The notes below the pieces were generated by a model. That model was not told the origin of the DNA. It made no database searches and saw only the letters and a program-made list of their open reading frames with translations. Positions 1 to 15,368 of a stretch of DNA of 52,805 nucleotides are shown here, in pieces. Source of the DNA: Octopus bimaculoides (lineage: Eukaryota). Each line of letters starts with the position of its first letter. Position 1 is the first letter of the stretch. The position numbers were made by a program, and so were the translations under genes. The stretch covers positions 9,144,821 to 9,197,625 of the forward strand of contig NC_068981.1 of the NCBI RefSeq assembly GCF_001194135.2, in the 5' to 3' direction.

Positions 1-200
1 ATGTATGTATATACACACACATATACACACATATATACATGTGTATGTGTGAGTGTGCTTGTGTATGTGTGTGTGTGTGAGTGTGCTTGTGTGTGCGTGT
101 GTGTGTGTGTTATGTTTAGATATAGTCATGCTTGATATGCACTTGCTCATTAGACTGCAAAACCTGCATGTGTAGCACATGAATGGGTCACAGAATCAAT

Positions 201-353
201 TCACTTTTGTAAGCTTAGGGAATTCATTCGCATCTGGTCGTAGGACATCAGCAACATGGTCAGCTCGTCTTTGTTGATCTTGCCATCCCTGTTCAAATCG
301 CATTGCTGCAACAAGATGCGTTTAGATTCTTCAAGATCTTCACTGCTGTAATC
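201..353 (-). CDS. Cbp53E: Calbindin-32-like terminal exon 11, coding part (153 nt; EF6 and TGA stop)
   Basis: aaacag acceptor; DYSSEDLEESKRILLQQCDLNRDGKINKDELTMLLMSYDQMRMNSLSLQK*; stop at 201-203. The 3' UTR runs towards position 1 with no polyA signal seen. Confidence 0.95.
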   Translation of the reverse strand, partial: DYSSEDLEESKRILLQQCDLNRDGKINKDELTMLLMSYDQMRMNSLSLQK

Positions 354-1680
354 CTGTTTGGGGGAATAGAAAAGAAACATTTATACAGAAATTTAAGTTT
401 CTGTTGACAATTGAATTTATACAGTCACATTTATACAGTCAGTCTGACTTATACTAGCAGACTTATACAGTCTGTCAGGTTTTATATGGTCATAAAGCCA
501 AAAAGTGATGTTTAAAGTTTGAATTAAGCACTAACTGCATAAACTACTTTTAAGTCCAATTTTGACCGAAATTGACAGAAAATTTCTTCACATTTGTCTT
601 GTTGCATATTATTTTGGAATAATCATAATTTAAAAAAATTTTAATTGTGAATAATTGAAGATAAATGTTGCTAATAATTAATGGTAGATAGTTTTTTTTT
701 CTTTTATCTGGTAGAAACAAATAGCCTCTGTTTTATATTTAAGCTTTGTTTCAATAAGATTTACAGTGTTGATTTAAACATATTTTAATTGATTGCCCTG
801 GATTTGTCTCCAAGTAAATTTTTTTTTATCAATTTAAGACACTTTTGACTGAATTAGTTCAATGATTCTGGGGCCATTCCTTAACAGAATGAGTTTCAGT
901 AAGTTTATTATTGAATGGAATTATAAAGATTTTTAATCTCCCTATTTCCTCACACCCAACACAGAAAGTTCAGTTTCTAAAATCATTTTTCCTCTCTGTG
1001 TGATGAGGTAAAGACATGTTTCCCTCTCTAACGGTTTACAATAACATTTAAGCTACAAAACACTATAAAATATTTACCAAATTGGTAAGTTGCTCCACAG
1101 CTCTGTACTGAGAAGAATCTTAAGAGAGCTGGAATTCTATAATTCCAGTTCTTGGTCAAAGGTTCTCACTAATTTAGGTCCTAATCCAAACTGAAGGATT
1201 CAGGATAACTAAGCTTATATACACATAATTTATGCCATTACATAACGTGTTAAGTAATATATAATTAAGAATGTAATTAAAAGTTGACAATTTAGATATC
1301 TTTAAAATTCTTGAAAATAATGTAATTCCTATTAAAGAGCCTTACCTCTTCAATAAGTTCCATCAAGTCTTTTAAAAATCCATGTAATTCTTCATTTTCA
1401 ATGCTGCCATTTTTGTCCTGCAAAACAAACAAAAAAATATATTAAAATGTGAAAAACACTAGCAAGATGATTAATTTATATATCTATCGATCCATCCATC
1501 CATTTTATCTATCTATCAATCGATCGATCCATCCATCAATTCGTTCGTCCATCTATCAATACACACACACAACATACACACACAAACACACATACATACA
1601 TACATACATACATACATACATACATACATACATACATACACACACACATACATACATACACACACACACACATACATACA

Positions 1681-1714
<34 letters not shown>

Positions 1715-4700
1715 CATACATAACTGCAAGACTTACGCTAAAATTGTTAGCAATGCCAAAAAAAAAAACAGCTGGAATTAATAATAACATTTTCAGCTGA
1801 TATAAGAATGGAATTTGTCCAAAAGAAATATCCATATTTTATTGTTGAATGGGCAAAATCAGTCTCCCAGATCCAAAACCTGTGCATCAATAGTGTCACT
1901 ATCTCTCCTCCTGTCCCACACAAAGAACGCCGCAAATACCTAAGCATTGATGAAAATATATCATACGAAGGTACTGTGAGTAAAGATAGAGTGACCCAAG
2001 AATATTATACCAGACTAAGAAAAAAAATTGCCAATCGGAACTCTTCTTTTACAATAAAACAATATCCCACAATGTATTTGCAGTGGAAACAGTGCTGATC
2101 CCAACATTTGGAATACTTGACTGGTCTGTAGAAGAAATCTATTCCATAAATATTAAAACCTACAAGATTCTAACATCAAGTGGAAATCTCCACAAAAATA
2201 GTGATATCGACAGGCTCTACCTACGAAGAGATAAAGGAGGTAGAGGCTTGAGATCAGTGCAGCCTTCGAATGTCGCAGAGTCTCTCTCAGACAGCATTTG
2301 CTAAACAACAACAGTTACGAGACAACCATTTATGTTATTTCAGTAAAGGTTTATGGGGAGGTGCCATAAATCGAATAGTTCTAACCAGTCTGAGCCAAAC
2401 GGATTGATGGTATTATCCACAATGAATAATCTTGCTTCGCGTGTCATACCTTAGAACTGTGCTGAAAACACCTTAGAACTTTGTGTGTTGGAGCCTCGTA
2501 GTTTTGTTCTACAACGAGAATTTCTGTGTCCCAGGTTCTGACAACTATAGCACTTTTTGTTTTTTAAACGGTCAATCCTTTTTGTAGTGTAGGCCTCCAC
2601 AACTATAACACGGATTGGAGCCTGACACTTTTTTTTTTGTACTTCCCAGGACGACACATTTTAATTTTTGCAGAGTCTTTATCTTGTTTTTTTTTTCACA
2701 TCATGTTTAAGATTTACCATAGTCTGACATTCTTCTGCGATTGTCTGTAGAGATAAATCCTGGTTCGCTTGCTCCATTTTGGAGAGAATCCTTGCCCGAA
2801 TTTCTCTGTCTTCAGGTGCTATAAGTCCTTGCACGAAGATAAGTGATTTGAACGTATCCTGAGTGAGATCCTGGAGTTTGAAATTTTCGCACATATGGTT
2901 GAGTACTCCGGCGCAGGCTTGCCGAACCTGGTATCATTGTACCAAATTTGGTACTTTTTCAAATTTTTTCGCTTTATGTAAAAAAAATAAGTTTACCGCC
3001 AATGTAAGTGAACGATGTAACAATAAATAAATACACGTTACTATGGACAAACTATTTTATATCAAAGTATATATTCCGACATTTTATAACGATGCAGTTA
3101 ATTGGTAGCTAATTAGTAGCTAGTTGATATAGAACGTGTTCAATACGTGTATCGTACTTACCATCCAATCTCGCCGGCTTTCCGCCTCTATTGCCAGTCA
3201 GTAGCATGTTTTATACATAAGTGTCAAGTGTTTCCTTACTATCTCGTTAAACATTTATCAATTACGAGTGAGTTATAATCCTCATGATGAGCAAGAATAC
3301 GAAAGATAAAAGCAGTGACGTGATTGACTTCGGTNNNNNNNNNNNNNNNNNNNNNNNNNNNNNNNNNNNNNNNNNNNNNNNNNNNNNNNNNNNNNNNNNN
3401 NNNNNNNNNNNNNNNNNNNNNNNNNNNNNNNNNNNNNNNNNNNNNNNNNNNNNNNNNNNNNNNNNNNNNNNNNNNNNNNNNNNNNNNNNNNNNNNNNNNN
3501 NNNNNNNNNNNNNNNNNNNNNNNNNNNNNNNNNNNNNNNNNNNNNNNNNNNNNNNNNNNNNNNNNNNNNNNNNNNNNNNNNNNNNNNNNNNNNNNNNNNN
3601 NNNNNNNNNNNNNNNNNNNNNNNNNNNNNNNNNNNNNNNNNNNNNNNNNNNNNNNNNNNNNNNNNNNNNNNNNNNNNNNNNNNNNNNNNNNNNNNNNNNN
3701 NNNNNNNATATTTAAAATATTAATTCAGAAAATAAAAGTGGAAAACTGACCGACTTTTTGCAGCCGACGACTTCTTCTGTTCATATTCCAAACGTAGCAG
3801 CTGCACAGCTTAAGCTTTGTTCTTTCATTGTAGAACATAACTTATGGATCATTTACCTTGGACTAATTCAGAATGCATGTTCTGATTCCAAAATAGCTAA
3901 AGATACTAAACGTGCAAGAACCAAAACTACTCAAATGTATAAAAATGTGTTAGGTCCTTATTACTTTGAAAACCTCATTAAACAGTTAAAAGATGCAAAT
4001 TTTCATTAATTGTTGATGAAATTACTGATGTAAGGGCTAAAAAAAACCCAGCTTGTTCTGTTAACCAGATTCTATGATTGTAGCACTCAAAAAAATATTG
4101 TTATTTAATTCTTTTGGAAGCCAAGGATTGCTCTGCTAATGGAATTGTTTCCTCTATTGAAAGATTCGGCCTGGCCAGCTCTTGTGGTACAGTCCCGCCC
4201 ATGGTAGCATGGAACACGGACGTACGTACGTACATACATACTTGCATACATTCATGCATACATATATACATACATACATACATACATACATACACACAAA
4301 TTTTCCAAAAAAAAAATGACTTTGGCTTTGAAAGACTCTCTCGAGGAAAGCGTATTCTCTACCAAAGTAAGTAAAAAAAACCCATCAGATACGGTATTAA
4401 AGTTGTTAACGAAATTGGTGATGTGAATTTGCAAAAGTGTGATGAACCCACATACTCTCAGATTAGCCCCTGTCTATATGCTCTGGCTACTATTGCAAAG
4501 CAGTACATAAATGATATTCAAAAGCAAATCACTATACGTTCCACCAACAGAAAATAAAGGAGATAGAAATGATGCTTGGAGACAGCAAAAAGGGGACGCT
4601 CACTTGAAAACTGATTATCCCCACGCAGGAGCTAAAAGCTGTCAATGAAAAACTCCGACATCAGAAGAGAATACCCGATAGAAGAACAATAGACAAAAGA

Positions 4701-7278
4701 TTTAACTGCAACCAGGCAGCAGTATACAGAAGCATGAGAGGAGAGGTAATAAATATCACAGAAGTTCCTTCATGAGAAGACATAGACTCCTTCTGGAGGG
4801 AAATCTGGAATGAAGAGAAAAGATCTAACCAAGATGCTCTGTGGCTGGAAGAAATCCGAAGAAGTTACTGCTCCTGCGTTACATCCAAGACATACAACAT
4901 TGATGGGGAAACTTTGGCAACCAGAAACTCCAGAATGGAAAAGCACCCGAAAGAGACTTGATTATTGGATATTGGTGCAAGAAGCTAACATCCTACCGAC
5001 CATATCATATCAACCTTGCCCAACAGAAGCATACCACACTGGTTAGCTAAGGTAGAGACAAAATTGATCCCCAAATGCAGAACCACCCACATGGCAAAAA
5101 AACTACCGGCCAATTGCATGCCAGAATCCAAACATCATCATCATCATCATCGTCGTCGTCCGTTTAACGTCCGCTTTCCATGCTGGCATGGGTTGGGCGG
5201 TTTGACTGAGGGCTGGCAAGCTAGAAGGCTGTACCAGGCTCCAATCTCATCTGGCAACGTTTCTACAATTAGATGCACTTCCTAACGCCAACCACTCCGA
5301 GAGTGTAATGGGTGTTTTTTACGTACCAACGGCACGAGGGTCAGTCAGGCGGTGCAGGCATCGACCACACTTGAATAGTGCTTTTTACGTGTCACCGACA
5401 CAGGAGCCAGTCAGGCAGCACTGGCAATGATCACGCTCGAACGGTGCTTTTTACGTGCCACCGGCACGAGACCAGTCAGGTGGTGCTTAAACCTCCTCCT
5501 CCAGGACCATTGTGAAACCAATAACATAATCACAGCAGAACAAGCAGCTGGGAAGAAGGGAGTCTGAGGATGTGCCGAGCAATTGTTAATCAACAAAACT
5601 GTGATGTCAGAGGTGCTAGAGCATAGGAGGAACCTAGTTTCAATGTGGCTAAACTATAAGAAAGCCTTTGACTCTGTTACCCATTCATGGATGCTAGAAG
5701 CCCTTCAAATTGCTAAAGTTCCAGTGAGAATAGTCAAAACCATAGCTTATCTAACTTCATCGTGGACCACCATCTTGAAATTAAACACAAAGAGTGACTG
5801 TATTATCACCGATAGAATACAGTATCGCAAAGGCATATTCCAAGGAGACAGTCTCTCTGTGACGTTGTTTATACTTTCTGTAAACACCTTGTCATTCATG
5901 TTAAGGAAATCTGAAGGATATCTCACTGGTTCAGAAGGAAACGGAAATACCAAAATTACACACTGTTTTTTGTGGATGACTTGAAACATTATTCAAAGAA
6001 TATGCATGAGATGAAAAAGAGCCTTAACCTAGTTACAACATTCTCAAAGGGTATGGGGTTGGAATTTGGTCAGGAATAATGTTATATAGTTGTGAAAAGG
6101 GGGAAAACTGTAAACCATACTAGCAGCATCTCCATCCTTGACCTGACTGTTTCCCTATATCTGACGAGGAATGTTACAGGTATATAAGGGTGGATGAAAA
6201 CATTTTACAATGGCACCTGTAACAAAACATGTGTCACTAAAGAATATTACAGCTGAATAAAGAAAATTTGGACCTCGGAACTCTCTGCATTCAATAAAAC
6301 AGTGCCTACAATGTGTTTGCAGTGCCAGTACATATACCAGCATTTGGACTGCTTGACTGGACACTTTTGTTGATTCACGGTCAGAAGAGATTCCAGAAAT
6401 AAGTTATTCTCTAACATCTTCTTGTCGATATACACCGACAGTTCCCAACTGATATTTATAATGTCTGTCAAAAGATTCCATTTTGATGATTGTTTCCGTT
6501 TTGATGGTTGTTTTCAGGATTGCAACTGGAATCTACCAAAAGAACCGTATTCTACTGCTTAATGAAGATTTTATTGACACTAACCATTGTAGTTGCTACA
6601 ACATGGAATATGGATAAAGATTTGGGGCGGGTGGAATGGATGTTTGTCGTTGAGTTGAATCTGAGAATTCAGTAAAGAAAGTTTAGACAAGCAGTTTTCT
6701 AGACAAGTCCATTCTGAATTTGAATCGATTGAATTGTCATCAAATTTCTCCATTGTTGATGTATTTTCAAATTTTATCTGAATAAATTGTCGTAATGAGA
6801 AAGAAAAACAGAAAAGCAATCGTTTTATTTGACTAAAACGTTCGACTTCAGTCTAACCCAGCACAAAGGGTGTTTCTACATTTATTACAAATGACAGTCT
6901 GTTAGCTTTCAACTATGTAATCCCATAATGTATCAGGAGCGAAAGTAGCAATTGGTAACATCTCTAAAATATTAAAACGAGATAAGATGTGTGAAGCTTT
7001 TGTAGACATTAAGTAGTCTGAAGAAAGAAGAAAAGGTAAAGTTACTTACTCTGTCGTACAAAGCAAAAACATGATCCAGATCATCTTTTGTAAATCCTTT
7101 GTCACCCTTCAATGAAAACAATCATTATATTGTGAATATCATCATTATTGTTATCATCATCAACATTAACACAATCAAAAATGAAAAATGAAAGAATATT
7201 GTATGTATATTGTCAGAGAGTGAGTGAGTGAGAGAGAGAGTGAGTGAGAGAGAGAGAGCGAGAGAGAAAGAAAGAAAG

Positions 7279-7333
<55 letters not shown>

Positions 7334-7363
7334 NNNNNNNNNNNNNNNNNNNNNNNNNNNNNN

Positions 7364-7408
<45 letters not shown>

Positions 7409-8181
7409 ATATACATTACTCTTTAACAAGAAGCGTATTGACAGTGACTTCGAAGTTTCGGCCAGCTAGCTAATCATTGGACTGTCTAATAATGGCATAG
7501 CTGGCTGAATCTTGGAAGTCACTCTCAATATTTTAACAGAGCAAGAAGATGGAAGAAATTCATGTTGTCGCTATTGTAGCTAAGAATAGACTACAACTTC
7601 TAAGAATCGCATGGAGCATAGTGGGGTCAAAGGGTTGTTATTCATTTCTAATTTGTTTATCTATTTTTTTATCTTCGATTAAATCTGAGACTAGAAGACT
7701 GTGTCTATTTTGAATAAAGGACAAGAGTGAGCTGGCAGCTGATGACTAGGGATATGATCATAAATATTATATGTATCCTTTTTCTCCAGGGAGGAAATAA
7801 GACATTAGGAGTAGTCAGTTGGTTCTAGTCTCGCAGACCAGGTCTGATTTCGCTAATCTTTAATTCACTTCAGAGCACTTTTCTTTCTGTCAGTCTGCCG
7901 TTTTCATATTCACTTAATGTTGCCTTAATTAGTTAATGTTGACGAACAAACCTAATTATTGTATGCATGTGTGTGTGTGTATATATATTCATATAAATAG
8001 TGAGTGGTGTTCTACAGGGCGCTGTCTTAGGACCACTGCTTTTTATAGTGGCTCTCTCAGATATTTCCTCAGCTGCCCGGATAACCATCTTTGCTAGCTA
8101 CGCTGAGGATACGAAAGTCTCGCAGAAAATACAAACCCCCTATGTATGTATGTATGTATGTATGTATGTATGTGTGCGTGC

Positions 8182-8244
<63 letters not shown>

Positions 8245-10280
8245 TATGCCTGTATAATTATCAGTTTGCTGTCCATAAATTTGTTTTGATCCTTTGTAAA
8301 CCAGTCAGATGTACAAAAATTTTCAACGATGTCTCCGCCAACTGTTAACTGCTTAAATACTATTTGTAAATTATAGCTCAAACTATTACGCTAACTAATC
8401 TTCCTTTACTAATTAACTACTTTCTCAATTAATTATTTGATAAGTAATACAAATCTGAAATGACTGCAATGTATTTCCCGGCATTAATAAGTCGTTCAAA
8501 ATATTTTATCTCTAAATCATTTTTTAATTTAATTTCTTACTTTGAATATGGGCCGGCACAGGAAATTTTCTTTGACTGGAAGCAACCTAGAAAATACATA
8601 GACATAAATTTTATAAAAAAAAATAGAAAATAAAAACAAATTTTACAATAAACAGCAACGAAACTGACAGAGTGATGGAAGCTGGAGGCGTTGCATTCTC
8701 AAAAGACTTATGCACAAATACATACACACCACCATCACCCCAACTACCACCACACACACAAACACACACAAACATACACACACACACACACACACACACA
8801 ACCACCGCCTACGAATGCTTACTAGAATCGATCATCCCTCTATGATTGGTAAATTTAGTAATTTAGCAAAGGCAGAGCGTATAGTGCCGCGGTGTGGCTA
8901 GAAACACGGCTGTGAGGTTAAGAAGTTCATTTCGCAACATCGTGGATCTATGCTGGATTTCGGTGCGTGACACCTTGAGGAGGTGCCTTCTATCACAGCC
9001 TCACTTTACAGACCAACACACACACACGCCTGCGCGCGCACACGTAAGCGTGTGCATGCACCTGTGTGTGTGTGTGTGTGTGTGAATCTATGTATATGAG
9101 TTTATATACAAACAGGCATAACAGACACAACCAGTGACAGGAGCAGAATGTGGTGTTACTTACTTCGACATTTCGCTAAGCTGCAGTTTCCCATCATTAT
9201 TTCGATCAAAGAGTTTGAGCTGTGGAAAGAAAAAATATATGAAAAGGATTCGTGCTTTTGTTAAAGGATCTCATCAAAATAGTGTGTGTGTGTGTAGAAA
9301 AAAAGTCAAGGTAGAAAATGCTAAAGTAATTTTATAAAAAACATTTCAGTACCGGTTTCAATCATTGAGACTTTTTCAACTGTAAGTATGGAAAACAATT
9401 AAATTTTGGAAAAATTAAAAGAAATGTTTTTTAAAAGAATATTTGCATAGTATTCAAATACAGGGGCGTTTTCCTTGTTTCTGCCTGTCTCTGTCTCTCT
9501 TGTTTATTCTTGTGAGTTCGAGGTCGGTGTGAATTCTTGGCAGAGAAGAAGAAGAAGAAGAAGAAGAAGAAGAAGAAGAAGAAGAAGAAGAAGAAGAAGA
9601 AGAAGAAGAAGAAGAAGAAGAAGAAGAAGAAGAAGAAGAAGAAGAAGAATGCGGAAGTGTCACGATAGTAGTATGTTAAATGGTCAAGTGCTCTGAAAGT
9701 GACCGTTGTGGATGGTAGTAGTGATCGAATCCTTGAGTCATCTCTTTTGAATGTTTTGTTTATAAAATTTGCGTTGGTGTTATTCTAAACTGCAATAGTG
9801 GTAAAGTTAGGAAGGAGGTGGCGGAGAGGAAGAAGACAATGAAGAAGAAGGAGAAAGAGAAGCGAGAATAAAAAGGAATATAGGTAGTATGATAGTAGTC
9901 GAGTGTTAAATGGTCAAGTGACCTAAAAGTGGCTCGTTATGGATTATAGCAGTGATTGGGACTGTTTTTTAATGAATTCTTGGGAATCTCTTGATTGTAT
10001 CATTTTTAATATTTTCGTGTGTGTTTGTGTTATTCTAAGGCCGTGGTGGATATGGGGTTTGTTGTAGACGCGTTCAAAAGGGGACTGTATTTTGTAATAA
10101 AGAGAGTCTTTTTACTAATTCGTTGGCTATAGGTTGTATCGTCCTTGAATTAGTAGAGTGGAAAAATTCTGAAGCTTGGATTTTTGTTATTAGTGCAAAT
10201 GTCGATGCGTTGGCTGAATGCTATTTTTCTGTTTTGGGGAATTTTGATCTGGGATCTGTACAGAGCCTATATATATGTAT

Positions 10281-10312
<32 letters not shown>

Positions 10313-10658
10313 NNNNNNNNNNNNNNNNNNNNNNNNNNNNNNNNNNNNNNNNNNNNNNNNNNNNNNNNNNNNNNNNNNNNNNNNNNNNNNNNNNNNNNNN
10401 NNNNNNNNNNNNNNNNNNNNNNNNNNNNNNNNNNNNNNNNNNNNNNNNNNNNNNNNNNNNNNNNNNNNNNNNNNNNNNNNNNNNNNNNNNNNNNNNNNNN
10501 NNNNNNNNNNNNNNNNNNNNNNNNNNNNNNNNNNNNNNNNNNNNNNNNNNNNNNNNNNNNNNNNNNNNNNNNNNNNNNNNNNNNNNNNNNNNNNNNNNNN
10601 NNNNNNNNNNNNNNNNNNNNNNNNNNNNNNNNNNNNNNNNNNNNNNNNNNNNNACACT

Positions 10659-10733
<75 letters not shown>

Positions 10734-13700
10734 ACACACATCTTACTAAAATCTCATAGAGAAAGGAAGTCAAGTCTGAAAGAGAGGAAATCGAAACATT
10801 TAACGTCGTCGACTTCCATTCGTTTATTAATCTGGCAATTTTTCCCGCTAATTTGGTAATCATTTCATAATATCGAAGGAACCCCAGTGACAGTGAATTA
10901 TGCAAGTAATTCTGCTGGCTTCAATATCTCTCGTGGTAGAATGCACTCATGTCTGATGTTGGTAGTTTAGAAGAAGTCAACAGTATGAGTCAAAGAAATA
11001 ATTGTTAATGCTGCCATTACCAACATTGGTAAACTGTACCAATACGTAGAACCTGTTTCGGTTAAATGAATCATTGAACAAAAGTGTCTTAGGCAATGAC
11101 ATTGGCAATGCTTGTGGTAGCTTGCAAATATATATTCCAAAATGTGAAGAATTGCACAGTGCATTGCATCAGACTCTTTCACTTTCCTAACTGCAGTCGA
11201 TACTTAGGCCCTCTCACCAAAAGATTGCTGTCAGCATTGCAGTATCTTTATTCTCTTCGTTCGCCCAAACACCATACTTCAATAAGCAGTGTAGCGATAC
11301 TCCTGCCGAGTTTTGAGCCATCTCGCTCAGATATTCCACTTGAGCACCCAGAAGGCTTGGCTAGCTATGGGATACCGGTTGTTTCGCCATAAAGGCATTA
11401 GCACCTACGTGAACATGGTTCGACCATTTAGATTAGTTGGAGTGTAACAAAAATAAACAGTAGAATTGAAAATAAATTTTCTGAATTTTCCTACCAAATA
11501 GTTCAGCCAAAACTATAACTTAATGATATAAAAACATCGGACGACTAACAACAACAACGATCTCTTACACTGGTACGAAGCTGCGGACTTATAGTAAGGT
11601 GGCTGAGAGGATTGAAGTGATGCCAGTACAAACATAGAACTTAATTCATCAACCCAAGAGGAACGACTTGCAAAGTCGGCCCGGTCGTAATTTGATCTCA
11701 GAACAAAGAGCACTGAAATATATAGCATTCAGTTGAGAGCTCTGCCCTTTCTTTTTTATTGAATTCATCGTGGATAACATTCTGACGAAGGCGCAATTCC
11801 TTTAACTAATCCTGTAACCCTTGATGTTCGCAATCCAATCTACTTCTTTTCTGTTTCTGTGTGGTTCCATAGCTTTTGGACTTCCGAATTTCCCCTGCGA
11901 AGCAGCAGACATTATTTGACCATAGCTGGTCAATCCACACCCTATGTTAGAGTCAAAAGGATTTGATAATGCAGTCCCATGCAGGAACCAACACTATATT
12001 GAGCAGTGACAGTATCTCTATGTTGACCACCAACATAGAGATGCTGCTTTATAGACTTGAATGCGGACATTCAAGGGCTGAAGGATTGCGGACATCAAAG
12101 GCTAAAAGATTAGTGAAAGGAATTGCGCCCTCGTCAAAATATCATCCACGAGGAATATTATTCAAGATGAATTCAATGAATAAGAATAATCACAAGGTTA
12201 CGAAACGGCAGAGCTCTCGACTAAATATCGGATACTTTAACGCTTTGTGTTCTGAGATCAAATTACGACCAGGCCGACTTTGCTCGTCGTTCCTCATGGG
12301 TTGATAAATTAAGTTCTACGTTTGTACTGGCAAATACTGAAATGGAGACCAATACTGAATAGAGTGATTAAAAAAAAAAACTAACGCCATGGTAACAATT
12401 TAGATCTAGCTGAATTATACCGTTGATACTAAAGTATGAATAGTAATGACAGTTTTTAGGGGTAGGGGTGAGATGGGAATGTGAATAGAATTGTTGATTT
12501 TGTGGCAGAGTACGATCCAACTGACTTCGCCACTCCCTAATGGAAGAAGACTTTTCTTGATGTTTCATTAAAAATCTATTCAGAGCATTTCTTACTTCTG
12601 ATCAGACATAAAAAGAGTTATGATTGTAAAAGAAAGAAAATGTTGTGTTGCGGGTTTCATGCCATTTCAAAAAAAAATTAACGATGTAAACTAAGTCACA
12701 TGTTTGCAATCTAAAGTGGAAACTGCATCCTGCTCTAAGCTAACCAGGATCTGATAACTTGTTCGACGAGCGCTCACGTAATAAACAAAAAAAACTACTT
12801 CAATGCTGGTTTCTTCAGGCAAATCTCAAATATTTTAAAACAGCAGGAATTTAGAAGCCGCAATATTCATACTTTTCTCAGTTGTATCAACTGTGGAAAT
12901 GAAACTGATTTAACCAAAACTTGAAATCCGATCACAGAATCCACTTTCTAATCTACCTCTCTCATTTTTCTTAATATGAAAAAAAGTTTTCTCGTTACGT
13001 CATCCACAGAACAAAAGCAGAATACGATATGAATAGACATTTTTTGTTTTATCCTGGCTGATCCTGAAATAAAATGAGATTTCTATAGAAGAAACGACAC
13101 ATTAAACAGAAAGGTTTTGTAAGATGAGAGGCCAAGTTAATATCAAAAAGAACAGTGAAGAAAGGTTTATTAAGAAGTGAAGTGGAACATAAGAAAATGA
13201 ATAGCTTACAATTGTATCAGCGTAAATAATAAGTTCATCTTCTGTGACAACGTTTTCACTGTTGCCTTGTTGCAGCAGGTGACGCAGAAATTTCTGAAGG
13301 AATCAATGAATATAAACAGTTGTTGAAAATGCAACAATAGCATTGGGTGGCGTTTATTAATGTTCTTTCGTAATGATAACAACAATAACAACAATGAACA
13401 ATAAGGGAATTAATAAGCATTTATAAAGAAATATAATTATCATTATTTATATATTTGCTACATTATCCCATCAGATGTTTTAAAGAGTCTAGATAGGTAA
13501 AGACGATGCCTCCAAGCCTTCTGGCCGAGATTAATGATGTCATTCATAAAGAACCATTAACTATTTATGAAAATATAAACAAGTAGCACAAGACTACATC
13601 CCTGTGCGGTAGACACACACACCACGCTGCTCCGTTTAACTTGGCTCTAGGTTGCCTTTAGTTGCGATTGCTGTGTTCTAAGTATTGAGATTCGAGTCCC

Positions 13701-15337
13701 ATCCCAGTCAAACGCAAACTTTTCCCCCGCAGGTAATCGAACTGGGTTTCATCCGCATTATTCTCACCAGTGTAGAAAGTCTTGTAAACATCTCCATCAC
13801 TGCCCATCACCACTCCCCGCGGACTCATTTGCATAAATAAAAATAAAACCACAAGTTAAAATTAAAGAAACTAGGTATGAAAAGAGTCCAGACTCTGTTA
13901 TGGACATCTCTTCACTTGCAGCAAAAATCTATAATCTTCTGCAATTGTCCATTCACTAACACACTGTTTCACTTTTATATTGTCTTGTTTGTGATGGGAA
14001 TGGTAAATCAGAAAGAAACAGTTTAGATGAGATGAGTCTCTTTCTACTTTCAAGTGGGTAAGGCTTCAGTCGAACGTTTTACATCTTTTTCGAGTGTAAT
14101 GCAATGAGGAAAGCTCTGAAACTAAACTCTCATGGCTTTAGAAGAAAGCCTCCATATTCGTTGTCCGTTTGGCATCCGACTCTACACTTCACACATTATG
14201 TAAACTTTCATCAAAATTATCCCTTTTTACCCCACGAAAAGCTCATCATCTGGAACTGCCCAGGTGGTTCTCTTTCTCTCTCCCCAGTTGTGTCTCCATC
14301 CAGATAACCTCCATCCAAATCAATTCCCCGCCGCTCTCTCTTTCTATCTCTATCCCTGCAAGCAATGTATCCCAACCTATGGAAAATCGTCACATGTCCA
14401 ATTCCTTGAAAGAAAAAAACCTCTTCCAAAAAGGCAGCCATTGTCGTATCTCGAATATCTCAAAGGTGATGTAGACGAACATAACTCACAATCGTCTACA
14501 TCTTGAATCTCATTCCTTCTTCAATGGCCACCAGTAAGGCTTTCTTAAAACCACATCTATTAGAAATCCTTCAATATTATACAGTAGTGGGCTCTTGCAA
14601 TGAGAAATTTTATGAAAACAATATTGTTATGCTCGCTATTAGCAAAGCAATCGACCGTGTCTTGCCTGTGAATCTTCGAGCAAAACCACACCCCTATGGG
14701 CTTCATCCAGCTCTTGTTTCCTAGATAGACGATATTTGATCAGATTATCCAGACCGGTGCAAACAGAACTCTTTCTAATACACGTAATATCAACTCTGGT
14801 GTGTCTTAATCTTCGGTTCTATTCCATTCTCTTTCTCTCGCCATCAATGACTTTCTTGTCATAACCATCTTCAACATCAACGCTTACTCTCCCAAACATA
14901 ATACTACATTTCATTCCTTCCCAGGATTTCGCACCTGAGTGTCACCCACTTGTAACATAGACACGTCACGCCAAACCGTACTGATTCTGTGATCACAGAC
15001 CCCCACCCCAATGGTGCCAATATTATCTCTTTCATTTGTACAAAGACACAAACATAACATATATCAAGAAATGGATAACAGACCCCATCACTAAGCGTGA
15101 CGAGCACTCAACTAGAACCGTTAAGGTCGCTACAAATGCTAGATTTCACCATTATTGAGGATCTCTTCTGGAGACCATGTGCCTCCTCAACATAACAAAA
15201 ACTGTTTTACAAACACCGACCTTCCTAGTCAAGCTAAAAGAAAAAAATACTCCAGACCCTATCAACAACTAATTTTCTAAGTTGACGTGAGACCAACAAT
15301 GGAATATTGCTCTCTTATTTGGAACTGTTTCTACTAC

Positions 15338-15368
<31 letters not shown>

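Noticed and set aside
13658-13852. 64-aa minus-strand ORF (MSPRGVVMGSDGDVYKTFYTGENN...) with octamer ATTTGCAT (13827-13834) and a possible donor CTG|GTGAGA that would splice MEMFTRLSTL (13768-13797) in frame onto exon 6
   Set aside because: No recognisable homology, a purine-rich acceptor context, and a B-box-like GATTCGAGTCCC on the + strand suggesting a decayed SINE. An alternative first exon cannot be supported without RNA-seq junctions.
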